From contig CAWDOD010000002.1 of assembly GCA_963803805.1 (NCBI GenBank), positions 1,312,001-1,376,000 on the forward strand: DNA of 64,000 bases, read 5' to 3'. A model generated the notes under the pieces. That model did not search any database and was not told where the DNA came from. It was given only the letters and a program-made list of their open reading frames with translations. The stretch comes from an uncultured cyanobacterium. Its GTDB lineage: Bacteria; Cyanobacteriota; Cyanobacteriia; Cyanobacteriales; CAWCAG01. This document shows positions 36,046 to 45,644 of this stretch, piece after piece. Position numbers and translations under genes: made by a program. Position 1 is the stretch's first letter. Each line of letters opens with the position of its first letter.

Positions 36046-38346
36046 TCATTGATTTAACTGCTGCCTTGCTAGTTCTAAAAGCAAACTTTGTTCCCCACGG
36101 GCAATAGCTTCATAGGTACTTTCTACCCCATGGCGATCTACAGAAATTGAAGTTATTCCCCAACGTATTAACTGCTCAATTATCTCAGGATCTTGACTTG
36201 GCAACTGGCCACAAATAGAACAAGGAATATTTAGTTCAACAGCTTGTTTGACAAGTTGTTCTATAGCCTTGACGATAGCAGGGTAAGCTTCAGTAAATAA
36301 CTGTTCCAAGCTAGCATCTTCGCGATCAATTCCTAATATTAACTGAGTTAAATCATTGCTACCGATAGCAATACCTTGAACTCCGGCTTTAACATATTCA
36401 GGTAGGAGAAAAAGCATTGAAGGCACTTCTGCCATGATCCATAATTGGAAACCAGGATAATTGTTTAAGCCTGCTGCAAAGATACGATCACGGCAGAAAG
36501 TAAATTCTGGAACGCTGCGGATGAAAGGTAAAATCAGTTTAATATTGCTATAACCAGAATTATAAAGCTTTCCTAAAGCTTGAATTTCTAACTCAAATAA
36601 ACTACTATCAAGACGATAATCAAAAGTGCCTCTTTTTCCTAAAAGGAAAGGAAGATTAACCTCAGAATTAACAGATGCTTCTGAAAGGTTGGCTATTGTT
36701 AAAGCACGTCGATCTAAGAAACGATAAAAAACAGGTTTTGGGGTAAAACCTTGGGCAAATTGAGCAACAAGTTGGACGATTTGTTCTAAGAATAAAAACT
36801 TTCTATGGGGGTGAAGCCACCAACTTAAAGAATGAGAACTTAACAACTCCATAATCATTAATTCTGAACGCAATAACCCCAAACCATCAACAGGCAAATT
36901 AGCGGCTTCGGCAATAGAGGTTGTTTGAGAAAGGTTAACTAAAAGTTTGGTGGCGATGGGGTGATAATTTATTTCTTTGGGTTTTGAGATTAGAGGCTTT
37001 TGAGGTGTTGTTTCTGAAGCAGATTCGGAATAATTACAAATTTCTCCCTTATCCCCATCTATAAGTAAACATAGGTCATTGCTAATTTTTTGAGTAGCAT
37101 CTTTAACTGCCACTATTGCTGGTATACCTAATTCCCTTGCTATAATTGCTCCATGACTGTTTCTTCCTCCTTCTTCTGTAATCATGCCTGCTGCTTGTTG
37201 CAATAGGGGCAGCCAATCAGGGGTGATCTTTTTAGCTACTAAGATTCTGCCTGGAGGAACTGATTGAAAATGCCGGTTAATTCCTGTAATCAGGTGCGCT
37301 TTGGCCACTGCTTGACCAGGGGAAGCAGATATTCCTTTTAGAAGCATATAGGAGGAGTTTTTGGGTTTTAATCCTACTTCTTTTTGAGTATATTCTGGTT
37401 GAGAAGTAAATTTATGGGTGTCAATTTGAGTTAGATAAACTTGGGATTGAGAAGAGGCTGTGATTGTCCATTCTAAGGTGGCTGATGTTTCTCGCTGGGG
37501 GAATAATTTGGCAACTAAAACAGTAATTGAATTTAAGAAAGCTTGGTTAAGACTATAGTTTTCTTGTTCTTCTGAGGATAATAAATAGGCTTTTAAATCA
37601 TCTTCACCAAGCTTGTAGGCAAGGACTTTGTTACCTAAGTTTTGCTTGATTACTTGATTAGTCAATCGTTGCACTTCATAATAATCAGCAATAATATCTC
37701 CTCGCACCAAACTATGACCCAAACCATAATTAGCTTTAATTTGTAAACTTTGAGGATTAACTTCTACTATGCCAGAAGCGATTGCATTTTGAAGGGGTTG
37801 GACTAAAATAGCTAAACGAATTTGATGTAAGTTGATCCCCAGACGCTGCCAATAAAATAAACTCCTAGCCCGAAACAACTCCGCCCAAGCCTTCTTTAAA
37901 GCGATTTCCCAACTGTGGCGATCGCAACGGCAAATTTGTGATTTAAAGATACCGGCAAACTCTACATTTAAGTCTGGTGGTAAGGTTACTGAAGGGCGCA
38001 AGATAGCAGAAGAGGAAGGAAACTCTTCTACTACAGAACTAAAATTTGTTCCCCAATTATCAGGAAAGGAAGTATTAATAATTTGGTGACGGATTCTTTG
38101 GGCAACTTCTTGCAACGTTTTGTGGTTATCAATGTCTATATGTAGGGATGAGACAGGCCAATCTAGGAGTAAAGGTTCAGTTTTGCTGATAATAGCCAAA
38201 AATTCTTCTAAGCAGGTAACACTAACTACAAAACCGGGTATAACAGGAAAGCCATGTTGGCATAACTGGCTAAGGGCAAAAGCTTTTTCCCCCACCAGAG
38301 AACGTTCTGAAGCTTGAATTTGGTCGAAGTGATAAATTTGGGTCAA
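36046..38346 (-). CDS. PEP synthase-like (PEP-utilising) protein, divergent
   Basis: GEKA, GGRNSHGAIIARELGIP (phospho-His), GLLRSE, MAEVPS, IGSNDLTQL, ICGQ. Confidence 0.8.
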   Translation of the reverse strand: MTQIYHFDQIQASERSLVGEKAFALSQLCQHGFPVIPGFVVSVTCLEEFLAIISKTEPLLLDWPVSSLHIDIDNHKTLQEVAQRIRHQIINTSFPDNWGTNFSSVVEEFPSSSAILRPSVTLPPDLNVEFAGIFKSQICRCDRHSWEIALKKAWAELFRARSLFYWQRLGINLHQIRLAILVQPLQNAIASGIVEVNPQSLQIKANYGLGHSLVRGDIIADYYEVQRLTNQVIKQNLGNKVLAYKLGEDDLKAYLLSSEEQENYSLNQAFLNSITVLVAKLFPQRETSATLEWTITASSQSQVYLTQIDTHKFTSQPEYTQKEVGLKPKNSSYMLLKGISASPGQAVAKAHLITGINRHFQSVPPGRILVAKKITPDWLPLLQQAAGMITEEGGRNSHGAIIARELGIPAIVAVKDATQKISNDLCLLIDGDKGEICNYSESASETTPQKPLISKPKEINYHPIATKLLVNLSQTTSIAEAANLPVDGLGLLRSELMIMELLSSHSLSWWLHPHRKFLFLEQIVQLVAQFAQGFTPKPVFYRFLDRRALTIANLSEASVNSEVNLPFLLGKRGTFDYRLDSSLFELEIQALGKLYNSGYSNIKLILPFIRSVPEFTFCRDRIFAAGLNNYPGFQLWIMAEVPSMLFLLPEYVKAGVQGIAIGSNDLTQLILGIDREDASLEQLFTEAYPAIVKAIEQLVKQAVELNIPCSICGQLPSQDPEIIEQLIRWGITSISVDRHGVESTYEAIARGEQSLLLELARQQLNQ

Positions 38347-38494
38347 TAGAACCTTACAGTTGATTGACTGTCAATTGCTACCTTAAAACAAAATGAAAAT
38401 AAAAACTGCTTATAAAATTAATGGGAGATAGGGAGATGAGGAAATATCTTTTAACCTTGACCCTAACCTCTGGCTGCTAAATGATCAATGTTAA

Positions 38495-40636
38495 ATGATA
38501 ACTGATATGGGTTTGGGGACTGGAACAATATTAAGAGGACGTTATGGCATTTTGTCTAAATTGGGGCAAGGAGGTTTTGGCCAAACCTTTTTGGCTGAAG
38601 ATGGAGATTTGCTAGATCGCCCTCAATGTGTGGTTAAGCAACTCAAACCCCTATTTACAGAATTATCCAATTTAAAAATAGCGCAACGCTTATTTGAAAA
38701 TGAGGCGCGTATTTTACAAAAACTCGGCCATCATTCCCAAATCCCTCAACTTTTTGCTTATTTTGAGGAGGAACAGGAGTTTTATTTAGTTCAAGAATAC
38801 ATTGCCGGTAGTAGTTTAGCTCAAGAAATTTCTCCGGGTAAGAAACTAGGGGAAAAGCAAGTTATCGTCTTGTTAACAGACATTCTGGCTATTTTAGAAT
38901 TTGTCCACCAGCAAAAGGTTATTCACCGCGATATTAATCCTCGCAATCTAATTCGCCGCCAGGTTGATGGTAAGTTGGTTTTGATTGATTTTGGGGCGGT
39001 GAAACAAATTAGTACCGCGACAGAAGGTAATAAAACTATTATTATTGGTACTCCTGGGTATTTACCCGTTGAACAAAGTCGTGGCAATCCTCAGTTAAGT
39101 AGCGATATTTATGCGGTGGGGATGATGGGGATTGTTGCCTTGACAGGTTGCAATCCTACGGTTTTCGTACCAGATCCCCAAACCAAGGAAATTACTTGGC
39201 AAGATGGGGTGGATGTTTCCCCAGAATTAGGGCAGGTTTTAAAGAAGATGATTCGTCAGGATTACCGTAAACGTTATGCTTGCGCCTCAGAAGCTTTAGC
39301 CGCTTTACGAAGTTTAAATAGTTCCGAAATTAATACTATTGTTTTACCTTCGCCTCCCCAACCCTTACCTAAATTTAAGCTAACTCGTTCGATGGTAGCT
39401 AAGGTTGCCATCATCTTAGGATTGATTGGTTTGGCAACAACGGTATTTTTTAGCGTTAATAAGTTAATTAGGGATAATAACGCCACCAACCTTTATAACC
39501 AAGGCAATACTCTTTATGAATTAAACCGCTACCAAGAAGCTTTTCGGGCTTATGATCAGGCTTTAGAACTTGATCCTGATTATGTAGAGGCTTGGAAAGG
39601 ACAAGGAGATAGTTTACAAGGTTTACAAAGAGAAGAGGAAGCCCTAGAAGCTTATGAACAAGCCATTCAACTCCAACCCGATTATTGGGAAGCTTGGATT
39701 GCTAGGGGTGAACTTTTAACTAAATTAACAAGATATTCTGAGGCGGTTCAAGCTTTTGCTAAAGTTATTGAACATCAACCGGATAATTGGCAAGCTTGGG
39801 AAGGTAAGGGTAATGGGGAACTTAAATTGAAGCAATATTCTCAAGCTATTGCTTCCTATAACCGGGTTCTAGATTTGAACCCGGAAAGAACTTCGGCTTG
39901 GTATAGTCAAGGTTGGGCTTTCCATAACTTGAAGCGTTATGAAGAAGCTGTTAATTCCTATGATCAGGCGGTGGATATTCAACCAGATTATCCCCAGGCT
40001 TGGTATCAAAGGGGTAATGCTTTGATTAATTTACAAGAATATGAAGAAGCTGCCGATTCTTATCAAAAAGCCTTAAACTTTCAACCGAACTTTTACCAAG
40101 CCGCCTACAGCTTAGGTATTGCCCTGAACCAAGAAAAACGTTACGAACCAGCCATAAAAGCTTTTGAACAGGCACTTAAGGCTAAATCAGACGATTATCA
40201 AGCTTGGTATAATTTGGGTTGGAGTCTCCACCAATTACAACGCTACACCGATGCGGTAGAAGCTTACGAACAAGCTACGAAGTATGGCAACAACTCTTAC
40301 TCAGCTTGGTACAATCGCGGCAATGCCCTCTATAACCTGGAAAAGTATTCTGAAGCGATCGCCTCTTATGATCAAGCCTTAACACTGGAAAGAAATCGTT
40401 ATCAAGCTTGGTATAGTCGCGGCAATGCTTTGCTGAATTTAAAACAATACCAAAACGCGATCGCCTCCTATGAACAAGCTTTAAGCTACAAACCAAACTA
40501 CCAAGAAGCAGAGGAAGGGAAACAACGATCTCAACGTTTGTTGGAGAAGCAAGAAAGGAAAGATAGAAGGGAAAGGGAGGATCGCGAGAATAGAGATGAC
40601 TCCAAGCCAAAGGAGGAGGAAACTTTGGACATTTAG
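38495..40636 (+). CDS. Ser/Thr protein kinase with TM segment and TPR array
   Basis: GQGGFG, HRDINPRN, DFG, GTPGY, one TM, about 10 TPRs (AWY.RGNAL..L..Y.EA). Confidence 0.93.
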   Translation: MITDMGLGTGTILRGRYGILSKLGQGGFGQTFLAEDGDLLDRPQCVVKQLKPLFTELSNLKIAQRLFENEARILQKLGHHSQIPQLFAYFEEEQEFYLVQEYIAGSSLAQEISPGKKLGEKQVIVLLTDILAILEFVHQQKVIHRDINPRNLIRRQVDGKLVLIDFGAVKQISTATEGNKTIIIGTPGYLPVEQSRGNPQLSSDIYAVGMMGIVALTGCNPTVFVPDPQTKEITWQDGVDVSPELGQVLKKMIRQDYRKRYACASEALAALRSLNSSEINTIVLPSPPQPLPKFKLTRSMVAKVAIILGLIGLATTVFFSVNKLIRDNNATNLYNQGNTLYELNRYQEAFRAYDQALELDPDYVEAWKGQGDSLQGLQREEEALEAYEQAIQLQPDYWEAWIARGELLTKLTRYSEAVQAFAKVIEHQPDNWQAWEGKGNGELKLKQYSQAIASYNRVLDLNPERTSAWYSQGWAFHNLKRYEEAVNSYDQAVDIQPDYPQAWYQRGNALINLQEYEEAADSYQKALNFQPNFYQAAYSLGIALNQEKRYEPAIKAFEQALKAKSDDYQAWYNLGWSLHQLQRYTDAVEAYEQATKYGNNSYSAWYNRGNALYNLEKYSEAIASYDQALTLERNRYQAWYSRGNALLNLKQYQNAIASYEQALSYKPNYQEAEEGKQRSQRLLEKQERKDRREREDRENRDDSKPKEEETLDI

Positions 40637-40671
40637 TACTGTTATAGGCTATACCATTGATAACTGATCAT

Positions 40672-40699
40672 TGTACGGCTTGCCGTTGCCGTTAGGCAT
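40672..40699 (-). repeat. 28-bp short dispersed element, C-subtype (best consensus copy)
   Basis: TGTACGGCTTGCCGTTGCCGTTAGGCAT inside a TGATAAC/TGATCAT heptamer array. Confidence 0.85.
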
Positions 40700-40724
40700 C
40701 ATTGATAACTGATAATTGAATTAA

Positions 40725-41849
40725 ATGGTAATCAAAGAAATAAAGCAACAGTTAAGAGCAAAATTACCTGGATTTACAGATTTTGCCAAGGGATTAAGTG
40801 CTAAGAAATGGCCTAAAGGTTCGATTGTTTATTATACAGGCGATCGCAAAACTGGTTTGAGTCCTCGCAGTCTTCAAGAAGGAACTAGCGGTACAAATAC
40901 CGCAGTTATTTATTTAACTAAAGAATGGGCTAAACAAGGATATAAAGTTGTCGTTTATAGTACCTGTGGAGATCAAGAGGGAATTCACGATGGAGTTGAA
41001 TATATTAACTATTATAAATTTAATTGGCATGACACTTTTGATGTCTTAATTATTTTAAGTCACCCCTATTTATTACCTCTTCGGGTTAAAGCGAGAAAAG
41101 TTTGTTGGGAATGGCAAGATGTGATGGGAGAACCCCGCATTTACCCCCGCGAAAAGATCGAAAGGTTTGACCACATTTTTGCAAAATCTCAGTTTCAACG
41201 CCAGCTATTACCCTATATTCCTGATGAAAAATTTACCATTGTTACTAATGGCGTTGACAAAAGTATTGCCCAACTTAGTAGTAACAAAAAAGATCCCTAT
41301 AAATTGGTTTATGCTTCCCGTTATTATCGTGGTCTAGATTCTATGTTAGCCTACGGCTGGCCGGTAATTAAACAAGCTGTCCCGGAAGCCGAGTTACATA
41401 TTTATCATGGTTGGACAAGGAGAGAAAACCATCCTAGTGAAGCCGAATGGAAGCAGAAAGTAATTGAATTAATGCAGCAAGATGGGATTATTGATCATGG
41501 TAAAGTTCCTCAAAGAACTTTAATTGAAGAAAAGTCTACAGCGAGTATTCATTACTATGGTTGTACCTATGAAGAAATCGATTGTATTTCTGTTAGGGAA
41601 TCAGCTATGGTTGGTTGCGTTCCTGTGACTACAGATTTCGCTGTTTTCAGAGAAAAGAGTTACTGTTTGAGAGTGTCAGGAGAACCGAAAGCTAAGGAAA
41701 CCCAGGAAGCTGTAGCTTATAAAATTGTTGAACTGCTCAAAAATCCTCAAAAATTAGCAGAGATTCGCCAGCAATTTTCAGAAAATGTCCAGAATGAAAC
41801 CTGGGATAATATTGCTCAAGTTTGGTTGAAAAGTTTTGATTTTGATTGA
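40725..41849 (+). CDS. Glycosyltransferase (GT-B, GT4-like)
   Basis: GTSGTNTAVIYL, TNGVD, YASRYYRGL, EEIDCISVRESAMVGCVPV. Confidence 0.8.
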   Translation: MVIKEIKQQLRAKLPGFTDFAKGLSAKKWPKGSIVYYTGDRKTGLSPRSLQEGTSGTNTAVIYLTKEWAKQGYKVVVYSTCGDQEGIHDGVEYINYYKFNWHDTFDVLIILSHPYLLPLRVKARKVCWEWQDVMGEPRIYPREKIERFDHIFAKSQFQRQLLPYIPDEKFTIVTNGVDKSIAQLSSNKKDPYKLVYASRYYRGLDSMLAYGWPVIKQAVPEAELHIYHGWTRRENHPSEAEWKQKVIELMQQDGIIDHGKVPQRTLIEEKSTASIHYYGCTYEEIDCISVRESAMVGCVPVTTDFAVFREKSYCLRVSGEPKAKETQEAVAYKIVELLKNPQKLAEIRQQFSENVQNETWDNIAQVWLKSFDFD

Positions 41850-41904
41850 TAATTATATTTACTATGCAATCATAGGGAAACTGTATATTGACCATTGATA
41901 ATTA

Positions 41905-41932
41905 ATGCCTAACGGCGATAGCAAGCTGTACA
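41905..41932 (+). repeat. 28-bp short dispersed element, C-subtype (left member of inverted pair)
   Basis: ATGCCTAACGGCGATAGCAAGCTGTACA. Confidence 0.7.
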
Positions 41933-41940
41933 TTGATAAC

Positions 41941-41967
41941 GGTAGGATTTGCCCTTGCCCTTAGACA
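41941..41967 (-). repeat. Short dispersed element, G-subtype (right member of inverted pair)
   Basis: GGTAGGATTTGCCCTTGCCCTTAGACA. Confidence 0.6.
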
Positions 41968-41983
41968 TCGTTGATAACTGAAA

Positions 41984-43267
41984 ATGATGAAACTAATCAT
42001 TCCCATAGAATATTATCGCCATGGTGGAGTAGAAAGGGTTATTGTTTCTCTAATTGAAGAAATTAGCCAGCAAGTTGAGCAAACAATCGTTATTCTTCCT
42101 CCCAGCAAGATTGCTTATTTCCAAGGGTTACTACCTGAAAGTCAGGCTATCATTTACGAATCATTTAGTTGGGCTACCGACTCTTTTGCTAATCGGTTCC
42201 TTTCTTTTTTAAATAGAGTTTTATCTTTAACTAGAAAGCTAAAATTAAAGTCTTTAGAAGCCATAATAAACAAGCAAATTAAGCACATTCGTTCTCTAGG
42301 AAGAATTAAATACTTAGTTAAACAATATGAAGCAACTCACTGCTTATACTGTCTGACTAATCGCCTAAACCCTCCTAACTTTAAGATTACCTTGGGGATG
42401 ATTTCTCATGATGTTTTTTGGCGTTTTGCTCCCCTTACTTACCCGGACGACTATATTAAAGAGTATGACGAAAGTTTAGTAACTTGGTTGGAAAAAGTAG
42501 ATGTAGTTTTCGCTGTCTCGGACAAAACGAGAAACGATATTATCTCTTTCTTGCCAAGATTTGCTCATAAAATCAAAACAGTTCCTAATTCAGGATTTAT
42601 TGTCGGGGAAAAAGAACGAAATAATTCTTTTGAGAAAGTTGAATCTCAAGGAATAACTTCCTTTTACTTCCCTTCTTCTTTTGGTATTTATAAAGACCAA
42701 CTTACTCTTTTGCAAGCAGGTATAAAGTTAGGGAAAAAAGGTCTTAAATTCAAAATTATTTTTACAGGCAAAGAAACTGATAATTTGGTTAAAGGCAACT
42801 TAAGCTTATCTCAACAATCTCAAACTCAAGAGTATATTGATTATCTACAAAAATGCCAACAAATTTACCAAGAAAATCAACAATTGATGGCAGATTATTT
42901 TGTTGGCTTAGGATATTGTGATGAAGAAGTTGTTGAAGATTGTTACCGAAATAGTTCTTGTGTGGTAGTTCCTTCACAATATGAAGGTTTTGGTTTAGCT
43001 GTTTCTGAAGCAATTGTCAGGGGAATGCCAGTTATTTGTTCTGATTTAGATGTTTTTCACGAACAAGTAGATTTGTATAAATGTAGCGATCGCCTTGAGT
43101 TTTTCCCATTAGGAGATGCTGATGCTTTAGCAACTTGTTTAGAACAGTTTATTCTATCTCCTAAAGCCAAGTTATCTATCGCCGAAATTGAGCAACGATT
43201 TAAACATTGGACTTGGAAGGAAGTAGCCCAAGAATATGTAAGATTATTTAAAGCTGCATCAGATTAA
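41984..43267 (+). CDS. Glycosyltransferase family 4
   Basis: HGGVERV, PSQYEGFGLAVSEA..GMPVICSD. Confidence 0.88.
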   Translation: MMKLIIPIEYYRHGGVERVIVSLIEEISQQVEQTIVILPPSKIAYFQGLLPESQAIIYESFSWATDSFANRFLSFLNRVLSLTRKLKLKSLEAIINKQIKHIRSLGRIKYLVKQYEATHCLYCLTNRLNPPNFKITLGMISHDVFWRFAPLTYPDDYIKEYDESLVTWLEKVDVVFAVSDKTRNDIISFLPRFAHKIKTVPNSGFIVGEKERNNSFEKVESQGITSFYFPSSFGIYKDQLTLLQAGIKLGKKGLKFKIIFTGKETDNLVKGNLSLSQQSQTQEYIDYLQKCQQIYQENQQLMADYFVGLGYCDEEVVEDCYRNSSCVVVPSQYEGFGLAVSEAIVRGMPVICSDLDVFHEQVDLYKCSDRLEFFPLGDADALATCLEQFILSPKAKLSIAEIEQRFKHWTWKEVAQEYVRLFKAASD

Positions 43268-43354
43268 TAGACATTTGGTAGAAAAGAGAGAATAGGGAAT
43301 AGGGAATGGTATATTCTTAACTTAATTACTTATTACTTATTACTTATTACTTCC

Positions 43355-43813
43355 ATGAGTAACCCTAATTTCTTTAAATTTGAAGCAGACTTTGTGGATT
43401 CTATGCGTTGCATCCCGATGATAGTCAGGATGAAATTAGATACTTGCGGTGTCAAACTCAAATTAACCCACTGGCATCAATTTAATGAGGAAGAACATCA
43501 AATTTTAGTTGCTTTACCTTGTACCACTCCCCAAGAAATTGAAGCTTACCGGATATATTTGCAAAACAAAGTTAGTGAAAAAAATGGTACTCCAGCTAAA
43601 GAGTTAGCCATAAACCCTCATCCTTCCTGGCTGAACAATCAAGAAATTCCTTCAGATATTCAAGAAAAAGCCCAAGAATGGCATCTAAATATTAAGCAAG
43701 AACAATGGCAAAACCTTAATCCTTTACAGCGTTTCGCCCTCATAAAATTAAGTCGCCCTAGCCACGAAAACAAGAATTTTTATGCAGCGTTACAGGAGTT
43801 TGGTTTAATTTGA
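43355..43813 (+). CDS. narM: Nitrate reductase-associated protein
   Basis: FFKFEADFVDSMRCIPMIVRMKLD, LQRFALIKLSRPSHENKNF. Confidence 0.85.
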   Translation: MSNPNFFKFEADFVDSMRCIPMIVRMKLDTCGVKLKLTHWHQFNEEEHQILVALPCTTPQEIEAYRIYLQNKVSEKNGTPAKELAINPHPSWLNNQEIPSDIQEKAQEWHLNIKQEQWQNLNPLQRFALIKLSRPSHENKNFYAALQEFGLI

Positions 43814-43972
43814 GGAATATAGGGAAAGAGGTGAGATGAGGTAACTAATTACTGAAATTGCGAACAATCAAGTTCGGTTTTACTATTTTAAAACAAGGAT
43901 CTTCGGGCTAATATCATATATGTAATAACAAAAAATTTTAATCTTGCTAGCTATAAAAAGGGGCAATCCACC

Positions 43973-45520
43973 GTGAAGAAATGGCTACTACAAACCCTAA
44001 GTGAAGTTTTAGAACAAAGTGAACCAACTATTGCTTGCTCAAATGTAAAGCAAAAAGGTAGCCCTCAAAGTTCCTCTGATGAAGTAGATGCAGCGCAACA
44101 GAAAGCTGAGGGAGAGTGGAGTGGTGCGATCGCAGCTTTGGAAACTATACTTCTCCAATGCTTTGCTAGCAGCCAATTAAAGCCTAAAGAGCCTCAAGGC
44201 ATAATTCTATCAGGACCAGCACCTGTTTTAACTCAAGAAGCAATTATTTCCCAAATTTATCGGGGTATTTTTACACCAGAAGCAGTTAAGTCTTTAAACT
44301 TAATGCCTTTTCGCTTGCCAGGATCTGGTAAAAAGAACGAAGAAAAAGCGATTCATTCAGTAGCAGAGTTTCCTTTATTATCTATTGATCCCCTTGCCTC
44401 AGAACAGTTTTGCTTAGTTTGTAGTGCCAATTTTGCTCTGGTGATGGTTTTAGGAGAAGATAGTTTTGGTACAACAAGATTCCAATTTTCCTTTGAACCA
44501 GAAGTGGTAAGAAAAGCTTGGCAAATATTGAGGGCAAGATTGCTTTTTGCTAACTTCCAAAAGTTAACTTATCTTGATAGCTTGTTTGAGCATTTTTCAC
44601 CTATACCGCCAGACTATCGTACGGTGATGCAATTCAGCCGTGAGATTCTTAAAAATTTACCAGATATTGTATCTGGAGAAACTGAACGTCAGAAAGAAAG
44701 AACAATCCAGACAAATCAACAGGCAAAAACTTCTGAATTAATTAACCTTCGTAAATACAAAACAGAAGTTCAAGACAAAAGGGGTAACATTACTCCAGAA
44801 TTAGAGTTATTACAAGCCCTTACCCACGAAATTCGCACTCCTCTAACCACCATTCGTACTATGACAAAGCTGCTGTTAAAAAAGCGTAAGCAGTTCTCAG
44901 CAGATGTTATCAAACGTTTAGAAGTTATTGATCAAGAATGTACCGAACAAATTGATCGCATGGAGTTGATTTTTCGAGCAGCAGAGATGGAAACTACCTC
45001 TGTTAACTCCCAAGAAGTTCGATTAACTACTATTTATTTAGATCAAGTTTTCCAACAAAGTATTCCCCGTTGGCAAAAGCAAGCTCAAAGGCGTAAAGTT
45101 AATCTTGAGTTTATATTACCTGAAAAGCTGCCCAAGGTTGTTAGTGATCCTGGAATGTTGGATCGGGTTTTAACAGGCTTAATGGAAAATTTCACCCGTA
45201 GTTTGCCCACGGGGGGAGAAATTCAAGTTCAAGTAACCACAGCAGGAAATCAACTTAAGTTGCAATTTCTCTCTCAATGTCACTATCAAACTGATAGTCT
45301 GAAATCTTTGGGGCAATTGCTGATGTTTCAACCAGAAACAGGAAGTTTGAGTTTAAACTTAAATGTAACTAAAAATCTTTTCCATGCCCTTGGAGGCAAG
45401 TTGATTGTACGTCAACGCCCTCAACAAGGAGAAGTATTTACTGTGTTCTTACCCCTTAGTAGCCCACCTGGAGAAGGAGATTGGGGGAATGATTGGCAAA
45501 ATATTCAGTATCAAGTTTGA
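43973..45520 (+). CDS. Soluble sensor histidine kinase, Hik34-like (degenerate ATPase domain)
   Basis: H-box THEIRTPLTTIRT; C-terminus FQPETGSLSLNL lacks canonical G1/G2 boxes. Confidence 0.75.
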   Translation: MKKWLLQTLSEVLEQSEPTIACSNVKQKGSPQSSSDEVDAAQQKAEGEWSGAIAALETILLQCFASSQLKPKEPQGIILSGPAPVLTQEAIISQIYRGIFTPEAVKSLNLMPFRLPGSGKKNEEKAIHSVAEFPLLSIDPLASEQFCLVCSANFALVMVLGEDSFGTTRFQFSFEPEVVRKAWQILRARLLFANFQKLTYLDSLFEHFSPIPPDYRTVMQFSREILKNLPDIVSGETERQKERTIQTNQQAKTSELINLRKYKTEVQDKRGNITPELELLQALTHEIRTPLTTIRTMTKLLLKKRKQFSADVIKRLEVIDQECTEQIDRMELIFRAAEMETTSVNSQEVRLTTIYLDQVFQQSIPRWQKQAQRRKVNLEFILPEKLPKVVSDPGMLDRVLTGLMENFTRSLPTGGEIQVQVTTAGNQLKLQFLSQCHYQTDSLKSLGQLLMFQPETGSLSLNLNVTKNLFHALGGKLIVRQRPQQGEVFTVFLPLSSPPGEGDWGNDWQNIQYQV

Positions 45521-45644
45521 GTCATTTATCCTTGAGCATCAAATATTTATCGTTGGTTATTAGTAATGAACGGTAAGTCATTGAACTCTCTTTCTTTCCT
45601 AGTCTTCCTGTCAATTTTAATAAGTAAACTAAATGCCTGATAGC

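Noticed and set aside
11760-37910. HIP1-free stretches as proof of horizontal transfer
   Set aside because: Similar gaps also cover native genes (nblA, rpiA, msrA), so absence is only weak support.
6866-41967. 28-bp dispersed repeats as a CRISPR array
   Set aside because: Copies are kilobases apart, in both orientations, with no regular spacers and no cas genes.
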